From the IMG/VR virus record IMGVR_UViG_3300037478_000323, positions 1 to 57,653 of that record: a stretch of DNA of 57,653 nt; one strand, 5' to 3'. This stretch comes from a virus (lineage: Duplodnaviria; Caudoviricetes). The position numbers were made by a program, and so were the translations under genes. Positions within the stretch are counted from its first letter, which is position 1. Each line of letters opens with the position of its first letter. The notes under the pieces are model-generated. The model did no database searches. It worked only from the letters and a program-made list of their open reading frames with translations, and was not told the origin of the DNA. Positions 50,838-57,653 of this stretch are shown here, in pieces.

Positions 50838-52181
50838 ATGGCGCTGACTGATCATGTTGACATTGAGATCTCGACCACGGGCGGCGCCGTGGATAAGACC
50901 GTCCAGAACGTTCCGATGATTCTGAGCTGCAACGCCAGCTTCGCGGAGCGGATCCGGTTCTATTCGAATCTGACGGAGGTCGCGTCAGACTTCTCCGTCA
51001 CCACCAGCCCCGAGCACCTCGCCGCTTCGGCGATGTTCGCGCAGAGCCCTCGCCCGGCGAAGATCGCCATCGGCCGCGCCGGAGGCAAGCCCACCAAGAA
51101 TTACGCGCTCGAAGTTCTCCACGCCACCGAGGATCACGTCTATCAGATCCAGGTCGAGGGCGAAGGCGTAACTTCGACCCTGGTCGAGGTTACCGCTGAC
51201 AGCGAGGACACGGTCGCGACCATTGCGGCTTCCTTCGAGACTGCTCTCGAAGCTGTCGTCGGAGCAAACTACTCGGTCGACGACACCGGCGCTGACGGGA
51301 CTTTCGACGTCACCGCAGACGCCGCCGGCGAGTGGTTCTCTCTCGAGGTTCTAAACCTCGCCGACCTCTCGATCGTCGAGGACCACGCCGAGCCGACCCC
51401 CACCCTTGCCACCGACCTAGCCGCAATCAACGAAGCCGACTCGGGTTGGTACGGACTCTACACCCTGTACAACTCGATCGACTACGTCGACGCCGCCGCC
51501 GCTTGGATCGAGACCGAGAAGAAGATCTACGTCCCTGACGTCAACGATTCGAGCGCCGCGACCGTTGTCGTAGGTTCCGCCACCGACGTCCTCGAGGACA
51601 TTCAGGCCGCGAGCTACAAGCGCACGTCGGGCTACTACCACCCGAGCCCGGCCGACATGCTCGGCGCCCGCGTCCTAGGCAAGTGTCTCCCCGCCCTGCC
51701 CGGCACCATCACCTGGGCTTACCAGGAGCTCGCTGGGGTGGCCGCGCCGAAGCTCTCGACGACCCAGCGCACCAACATTCAGAACCGAGACGCTAACTAC
51801 CTCAAGTCCGAGGTCGGTCGCTCGTTCACCTGGGAGGGCACGAGAGGCGACGGCGATTACATCGACGTCACCACTGGCGACGACTGGATCGAGGACGACA
51901 TGGGCACTTCGGTGTTCGCCGCGATCCTGTTCGCCAAAAAGATCCCGTACACCGATCCCGGCGTCGCCACCATCGAGAACGAAGTGCGCGGCTCGCTCGA
52001 CCGCGCCATCGCTCAGGGAATTCTAGCCGCCGACCCCGAGCCCGTCATCACCGTTCCCAAGGTCGCCGATGTATCGACGGCGAACAAGTCGGCCCGACTG
52101 CTCCCAGATATCTCGTGGGAGGCGACTCGAGCCGGCGCTATTCACAAGGTCAGCAAGATCACTGGACTGGTCTCGGTCTAA
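50838..52181 (+). CDS. Tail sheath protein (DUF3383 type)
   Basis: F.Q.P.P....IGR, PG..TW....L.GV, G.YID...G.DW, KIPYTD.G, AGAIH.V. Confidence 0.9.
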   Translation: MALTDHVDIEISTTGGAVDKTVQNVPMILSCNASFAERIRFYSNLTEVASDFSVTTSPEHLAASAMFAQSPRPAKIAIGRAGGKPTKNYALEVLHATEDHVYQIQVEGEGVTSTLVEVTADSEDTVATIAASFETALEAVVGANYSVDDTGADGTFDVTADAAGEWFSLEVLNLADLSIVEDHAEPTPTLATDLAAINEADSGWYGLYTLYNSIDYVDAAAAWIETEKKIYVPDVNDSSAATVVVGSATDVLEDIQAASYKRTSGYYHPSPADMLGARVLGKCLPALPGTITWAYQELAGVAAPKLSTTQRTNIQNRDANYLKSEVGRSFTWEGTRGDGDYIDVTTGDDWIEDDMGTSVFAAILFAKKIPYTDPGVATIENEVRGSLDRAIAQGILAADPEPVITVPKVADVSTANKSARLLPDISWEATRAGAIHKVSKITGLVSV

Positions 52182-52193
52182 GGAGTTAACTGA

Positions 52194-52628
52194 ATGCCCG
52201 GAGTACCCAAGACCTACGATCCTTCGGCGATTGTTCTGACGTGGCGTCAGATTCCGATCGTCGGAGTTATGTCCGGCACCTTCGTCAACGTCGAGCGCAG
52301 TGTTGATGCCTGGTCGATGGCGCCCGGCGCCGGTGGTGACATCACCTTCGTCTACAACCCGGACGAGAGCGGCACCGTCAGGTTCACCCTCAAGGCCGAG
52401 TCGGACACCAACGATCTGCTCTCCGCTGCGGCTAGGGATGACAAGCTGTTTCGCTCGGGCTTCGGACCGCTGATGATGAAGAACCTGCTGGGCACCACGC
52501 TGGTTGCTTCGCCGGTCGCCCGCCTCGTTCGTCTCGCGAACATCGATTATGGAGACGCCGCCAGCGGTCGTGAGTGGGGCCTGCTCTGCGCTCAGCTCAA
52601 CATCCACGTCGGCGGGTCGCTGGTCTAA
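52194..52628 (+). CDS. Tail tube protein (DUF3277 type)
   Basis: TYDP, GA.G, SG...TL...S..N..L, REW motifs. Confidence 0.88.
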   Translation: MPGVPKTYDPSAIVLTWRQIPIVGVMSGTFVNVERSVDAWSMAPGAGGDITFVYNPDESGTVRFTLKAESDTNDLLSAAARDDKLFRSGFGPLMMKNLLGTTLVASPVARLVRLANIDYGDAASGREWGLLCAQLNIHVGGSLV

Positions 52629-53197
52629 ATGGTCTCGACGAAGGCGCTAGACGGCGGGGTTAAACTCCGCGTTGGACCGATCCCTGCGATGAAGTCGCTC
52701 GCCCTCCTGGCGAAGCTAACTCGCCTGGGGGCTCATGCATTGCTCCGCCAGGCTGCCCTGAACGAGTTGAACGTGATCGCGTTCGCGGCTTCCGTGGCGG
52801 CGCAGCTCGAGCCCGAGATGCTGCAGGAGATCGGTCGAGAGGTTCTGCACTCCGCGCAGGCAGAGACCGGCGGGAAGCTCGTCGACCTCGACTCGGATGA
52901 ATCGATCAACGGCGTTTTCTCCGGCAACACGGTCGCCCTTCTCGAAGCGATCAAGTTCGCGATCGAGGTGCATTACGGCCCTTTTTTCGGGCGCGCCTTC
53001 GCGCTCATGGGAAGCGACGAAGGCAAGAGCCCCGAGGAAAGCAGCTCGAACTAGACCAGGACATCGACGACGTCTGGCCGCTCTGGCGTCTGTGGTTGTC
53101 CAGGCTCATCGGGATTGAAGACGTGCGAACGATGACGCTTACTGAAGTCGATGCTGCCTGCCGTGCCTTGGATGCATGGGAAGAGGTCCGATCATGA
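52629..53197 (+). CDS. Tail assembly chaperone (stop 53054) with predicted -1 frameshift product (stop 53197)
   Basis: Slippery C CCT TTT TTC at 52979-52988; -1 frame open to a TGA overlapping the tape-measure ATG. Confidence 0.75.
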
Positions 53198-54894
53198 ACG
53201 TCGCCGAACTCTTCGCCACCCTCGGCATCAAGCCGAACGAAGCCGAGTGGGCTCGTGCGAAGAAGAAGATCGACGACTTTGACAAACAGACGTCGTCGAA
53301 GTTCCAGCGTCTCAAAAACAACATCAGCAAAGGATTTGGGCTTGTTGGCGCCCAGGCGATCACGAATGTCGCCGGGCGCATTGGGCGAGGACTGTTCGAC
53401 GCCGGCAAAGACGCTCTGAACTTCAATGAGCAGCTGACCCGGCTCGACATCGCTAGCCGCGGCGCGATGGGCTCGATGGAGCAAGTCCAGGATCGAATCC
53501 TCGCGGTCTCCAAAGCCACCGGCGTAGCCAAGGAAGAGTTGCTTGCTGGAGCCGCGTCGTTCATCAGCATCACCGGCGACGGCAAGGCCGCTAGCCAGAC
53601 TCTAGAGACGTTCGCTCGCGTCGCCAAAGCGTCGGGCGCGAGCATGGGAGACATCTCGAAGTCTGCGGCGGCGATGACACAGAATCTCAAGATCGCTCCC
53701 GAGGACTTCGAGAAGGCTTTCTCGATCCTCATCGCTGGTGGCAAGGCTGGGGCCATCGAGCTCCGCGACGTCGCAGGACTCATGGCCCAGATCGCTCCCC
53801 TGGCAGAGCGCTTCGAGGGCGGATCTGGAACCACAGGACTCGCTGATCTCAACGCCGCTCTCCAGCTCACTCGACAAGGCGCAGGGTCAGCCGGGGAAGC
53901 CGCCACGCAGCTGTCAGCCCTGATGGGCGCGGTGGTGAAGAATGCCTCCAGGCTCGAGAAGAGCGGCGTGAAGGTGTTCAACGTCGACGCCGAGACCGGA
54001 GCGAAGACTCTCCGATCCTTCCAGGAGGTCATCGAAGCGATTGGTAACTCTGAACTCGCCAAAGATCCGACGAAGCTGATCAAAGCACTGGGACGGAAGG
54101 AAGCCGAAGCCGCTTTCATTCAGCTGACCAAGGTCGACGGCGCTTGGAAGTCGCTCGCCGATTCGTCTCGCGATGCAAACGACGTCGCGGAGGATTACGA
54201 CAAGTTCCAGCGTTCGAGCGCGGCGAAGGTTCAGAAGGCTTGGAATAACATCAAGACTGCAATCGCTGAGGCGTTCACGCCGGAGCGTGTCGACGCTATG
54301 GCGACGGCGCTAGCGGGAGTCCTGGGTTTCGCTACCGACATCGTTGACAAGTTCCAGGCTCTACAAGGTTTCATCGATCGCATCACCGGGAATGATCAAG
54401 ACGAAGAGCTAGGCAGGACGCTGGCCCGAGGAAGTCAGAAGACCGAAGCCCGAGTGAAGCAGATCATGAAGGAGCGCGGCGTCAACGAGGGTCGCGCCCG
54501 CGCCATCGAGGAGGGAGAGCGAACTGGGCAGGTAAGGGCTCCCGGCGAGGTCGGAGCGAATCTCGACGCCTTCCGAGGACTCGGCACTAACGATCCTTTT
54601 GGTCAGGTCAGTCCCGGTGGCGGAGGGCTCTTCGCCAGCGCCCCCGGAAGCCCTGTCGATCGCGCTCTCGATGTCGTCGGTCTGGGTAACCGGAACCAGC
54701 CTCTAGTTCCAGAACACTCTCTTTCCAACGCTGCTCGCCAGAGCGGCCCGATGGGGATTAGCGGAATCGCTCCTAGCCTTACGTTGAACATGAACATCGA
54801 GGCACGAAACGCCGACGCCCGCGAGACCGCCGAGATGGTGCGCTCCAAGATCGTCGAGTTCTGGGACACGAAGGTTAGAGAGATGGGCCAGTAA
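53194..54894 (+). CDS. Tape measure protein
   Basis: VAELFATLG N-terminus, GK.GAIEL.D.A motif, helical Ala-rich; position. Confidence 0.88.
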   Translation: MNVAELFATLGIKPNEAEWARAKKKIDDFDKQTSSKFQRLKNNISKGFGLVGAQAITNVAGRIGRGLFDAGKDALNFNEQLTRLDIASRGAMGSMEQVQDRILAVSKATGVAKEELLAGAASFISITGDGKAASQTLETFARVAKASGASMGDISKSAAAMTQNLKIAPEDFEKAFSILIAGGKAGAIELRDVAGLMAQIAPLAERFEGGSGTTGLADLNAALQLTRQGAGSAGEAATQLSALMGAVVKNASRLEKSGVKVFNVDAETGAKTLRSFQEVIEAIGNSELAKDPTKLIKALGRKEAEAAFIQLTKVDGAWKSLADSSRDANDVAEDYDKFQRSSAAKVQKAWNNIKTAIAEAFTPERVDAMATALAGVLGFATDIVDKFQALQGFIDRITGNDQDEELGRTLARGSQKTEARVKQIMKERGVNEGRARAIEEGERTGQVRAPGEVGANLDAFRGLGTNDPFGQVSPGGGGLFASAPGSPVDRALDVVGLGNRNQPLVPEHSLSNAARQSGPMGISGIAPSLTLNMNIEARNADARETAEMVRSKIVEFWDTKVREMGQ

Positions 54895-55406
54895 TGGTGA
54901 TCATCGCCGGATTTCCGATCGATGTCGCCACGGCGATCGATCCAGCCCTCGACTCCGAGATCACCGAGTACCCGGTCGAAGACGGAGCCGACGTTACCGA
55001 CCACGTTCGCGACCTGCCGATCTCCCTGACCATCGAAGGCATCGTCTCCGATAGCCCGCTCATCGAGCGCACCGGCGATCTCCCCTCCGCCGACGCACGC
55101 GCGCACCTCGAGAAGATTCGCGCCGACAAAGAACCTATCACCGTCGAGACCCCTCGCCGTACCTATACGAGCATGGTTCTCGAGCGGCTCTCCTTCCCCG
55201 AGGACGCGCGCACGGGGGAAGCCTTGAACTTCCGCGCCAGCTTCAAGGAAGTCGTCTTGAAGACGAACGAGCGCACCACCGTTCGCGTGGCGATCCCGTC
55301 GGCTCGTAAGAAGGTCAACCGCGGACACAAGAGCGCAGACCAGGTCGCGACCCCACGTCAGGCTAAGACCGCCGTCACCGCACTATATCCGAACGAGGCG
55401 ATCTAG
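54894..55406 (+). CDS. Dit-like tube initiator protein
   Basis: ITEYPVE.GA.VTDHV...P, Y.SMVL motifs. Confidence 0.8.
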   Translation: MVIIAGFPIDVATAIDPALDSEITEYPVEDGADVTDHVRDLPISLTIEGIVSDSPLIERTGDLPSADARAHLEKIRADKEPITVETPRRTYTSMVLERLSFPEDARTGEALNFRASFKEVVLKTNERTTVRVAIPSARKKVNRGHKSADQVATPRQAKTAVTALYPNEAI

Positions 55407-55720
55407 TGCCGGTACAGCTTCCGCTAGTCCCATCGATCCCTAACTACCGCGTGAGCACCACGCTCGACGGGGTCGACTTCGCTCTCGATGTCCGTTGGAA
55501 TTCTCGCGAAGAGTCCTGGTATTTCGACATCAACACGAACGAAGGCACCCCTATCAAGCAGGGGATCAAGATCGTCCTGGGAGCCAAGCTCGGAGTCACG
55601 TCTCACCCCGATCGCCCGGCCGGAACGTTTCTCGCCGTCGACCTTTCCGGCGCCGGACTCAAGCCCGCGCTCGACGACCTCGGCACCCGGGTGATCGTTC
55701 TCTATTACAGCGATGTCTAG
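55406..55720 (+). CDS. Baseplate plug protein
   Basis: L.G..F...RWN.R...W..DI, G..IV.G, LG..V.L.Y. Confidence 0.75.
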   Translation: MPVQLPLVPSIPNYRVSTTLDGVDFALDVRWNSREESWYFDINTNEGTPIKQGIKIVLGAKLGVTSHPDRPAGTFLAVDLSGAGLKPALDDLGTRVIVLYYSDV

Positions 55721-56555
55721 GCTATTCAAACGAACGGCGTCTCTGACCATCTCCGAGGTAGTGAAGGATTCGTTCTTTCGCACTACCAACTCGGTAACGA
55801 TCCGTGACTTGCGAATCCGCTTCGAGATCGACAAGAATCTCGACAAGGAGCCGAACCGCGCAGTCATCGAGGTCTATAATCTCGCCGAGCGATCGCGAGC
55901 GTTGGTACAGAAACCTAGAATCCACGTTCGGCTCGAAGCAGGCTTCGACGGCGAGACCGAGCGCATCTTCTCCGGCGATCTCCGCTTCGCGTACTCGAAG
56001 CGCGACGCCACCGAATGGGTTACCCGGCTCGAGTGCGGCGACGGTGAGCGAGCTATCAAGCACGCGCGGTTAAACCGCTCGTATCGCGCAGGTGTCACCG
56101 CCCGCGACCTGGTCAAAGAAGTCGCCAAACAGTTCGGACTGAAGGCGAAAGTATCCGGCAAGGAATTCGATCGCCAGTTCGTCGCCGGGCTCGCGCTCCA
56201 CGGCTCCGCCAGCCGTGCCCTGACCGCGGCGATGGCGCGCTTCGGTATGACGTGGTCGATTCAGGATGGCCAGCTCGTCATCCTCCGCGACCTTGACACC
56301 GTCGACGACGCCCCGATCGTCGTTTCGGCTGACACCGGCATGATCGGCTCCCCCGAGCTCGCGTCGCCGGAGAAGCCCCAGAAACCCCCCACCCTTCACG
56401 CTTCGATCTCCCTTCACCCGGCGATCCAGCCCGGCGGTCGGATCGACGTCCAGTCCCGGAGCGTCGAAGGGCTGTTCAAGGTCGAGAGCTGCCGGCATCT
56501 CGGCGACACCCACGGCTCCGAGTGGGAGACATCTGTCGAGGCGAAGCCGCTGTGA
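55713..56555 (+). CDS. Baseplate hub protein
   Basis: I.F.I.K, PN.A.I..YNL, L.AG, WSIQDG.L, TGMIGSP, H.GDTHG..W. Confidence 0.85.
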   Translation: MSRLFKRTASLTISEVVKDSFFRTTNSVTIRDLRIRFEIDKNLDKEPNRAVIEVYNLAERSRALVQKPRIHVRLEAGFDGETERIFSGDLRFAYSKRDATEWVTRLECGDGERAIKHARLNRSYRAGVTARDLVKEVAKQFGLKAKVSGKEFDRQFVAGLALHGSASRALTAAMARFGMTWSIQDGQLVILRDLDTVDDAPIVVSADTGMIGSPELASPEKPQKPPTLHASISLHPAIQPGGRIDVQSRSVEGLFKVESCRHLGDTHGSEWETSVEAKPL

Positions 56556-57121
56556 TCCCGTCCCTGACACAGCAGTTCTCGGGCACCCTCGAGGAGCGAC
56601 TCCGCGACGTTCACACGATGGTCCCCGGCCGGGTGGAGTCTTACAGCTCGAGCTCCGAGCGTGCGTCGGTGAAGCCTCTGATCGGTCACTCGTACGTCGA
56701 CGAGTCCGGGGAGTACGCCGTCGACGAGCTACCGGTGATCACCGATGTCCCCGTTGTTTTCTTCGGCGCCGGGCTCGGTCGGATCGTCGTCCCCGTGGTG
56801 AAGGGTGATCTGGTTCTGCTGATCATGGCGGAGTCATCGATCGATAAGTGGAAGCCGACCGGCGGCGCCGTGAAAGACCCTGGAGACCTCCGGCGTCATT
56901 CTCTGTCCGACGCCATCGCGATTCCCTGGGGGACTAAGGGATTGGTCGAGCCAACCTTCAAGGCGATCCAGTTCATGACCGTCTTTGCGACGTTCGTCTC
57001 CGCGGTGGCTACCGTCGCGGCTGGTGTCGGGGGAGGAGTCACCTCAGGGATCAACGCAGCATTCACGACGTTCCAGAGCCAGATCGACGCCCTGGCTAAA
57101 ACGGAGACCAAGATCTCGTGA
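56552..57121 (+). CDS. Baseplate spike N-terminal OB protein (Gp138-like)
   Basis: T..PG.V.S, LP...DVPV.F, PV..GD...L......ID.W, R.H.LSDA.AIP. Confidence 0.85.
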   Translation: MIPSLTQQFSGTLEERLRDVHTMVPGRVESYSSSSERASVKPLIGHSYVDESGEYAVDELPVITDVPVVFFGAGLGRIVVPVVKGDLVLLIMAESSIDKWKPTGGAVKDPGDLRRHSLSDAIAIPWGTKGLVEPTFKAIQFMTVFATFVSAVATVAAGVGGGVTSGINAAFTTFQSQIDALAKTETKIS

Positions 57122-57645
57122 GCCACGCCAACATACTAGGGGCCGCCCTCAAGGCAGCGATCGAGACCGACGTTACCGGACTGTCTTTTGACGATTCTCA
57201 ATTAGCAGTCTGGGAGGCGTTCGCTCATGAGCTGGTTAACCAGTTCCGGCCGGTGGTGCCGCTCGTGTTCGCCTGTCGAGACGTCGACACCACAGGCATC
57301 CGTTACCTGCTACCCGGGTCTATAACTACCGGAGCCGACGCATCGCCGAATGAGCAAGCGATAGTGGCGCCATCGGACGGGGAGATTCGCGCTCTAACCG
57401 CGCGCCATGGTAACGCCGGATCGGCGACGGAAGACATTCGTTACCGCGTCCGAATCAACGGAAGCAACGCCAACCTGTTCGTTGATTTGGAGACCGGCTC
57501 GGTGAACCAGGGCAGCGACACTGCCGCGATTGCGTTCTCTGCCGGGGACAGGTTGTCGATCGTCTCGTCCCCGTTCGGAACTCTTTCAAACACTCTCTTC
57601 CAAACCACGGCGACAATCTGGGCGGTATTCGATGCCACTAGCTAA
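57118..57645 (+). CDS. Hypothetical baseplate-region protein
   Basis: GTGA-coupled to the spike; helical N-terminus plus beta-sandwich-like C-terminus. Confidence 0.55.
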   Translation: MSHANILGAALKAAIETDVTGLSFDDSQLAVWEAFAHELVNQFRPVVPLVFACRDVDTTGIRYLLPGSITTGADASPNEQAIVAPSDGEIRALTARHGNAGSATEDIRYRVRINGSNANLFVDLETGSVNQGSDTAAIAFSAGDRLSIVSSPFGTLSNTLFQTTATIWAVFDATS

Positions 57646-57653
57646 CGAACCAA
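57528..57653. repeat. Terminal direct repeat (copy 2)
   Basis: Identical to 1-126. Confidence 0.95.

Noticed and set aside
1-57653. Alternative genetic code
   Set aside because: Core genes are intact in the standard code, and TAA, TAG and TGA all end genes at sensible positions.
1-57653. Diversity-generating retroelement or retron
   Set aside because: No reverse transcriptase ORF and no TR/VR pair noticed.

Overview
Apparently complete, circularly assembled genome (about 57,527 bp; bases 1-126 repeat at 57528-57653) of a GC-rich temperate contractile-tailed phage. Morphogenesis genes are of the DUF1073 portal / DUF2213 protease / DUF2184 capsid / DUF3383 sheath / DUF3277 tube type. It encodes a tyrosine integrase with an attP matching the 3' half of tRNA-Pro(GGG) and its own replication set: primase-helicase, intein-containing SF2 helicase, SSB-like protein, a split family A polymerase and a beta-clamp-like protein. 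It also carries nucleotide-pool enzymes, two DNA methyltransferases, a RuvC-like resolvase and a serine recombinase. A myxobacterial or related diderm host is plausible but is only inference. Most notable: (1) a phage-encoded SigH/SigR-type ECF sigma factor with at least 8 matching GGAAT-N18/19-GT(T/C) promoters at gene starts, alongside a separate class of leaderless sigma70 promoters; (2) a circularly permuted, UUCG-capped tRNA cloverleaf next to a D-stem-less tRNA-like fold downstream of ssb; (3) a PolA split in two by a sigma-region-4-like ORF and carrying a DnaJ-type zinc finger; (4) a stand-alone tail-tube N-terminal paralog. All family assignments come from motif recognition by eye, not database searches.
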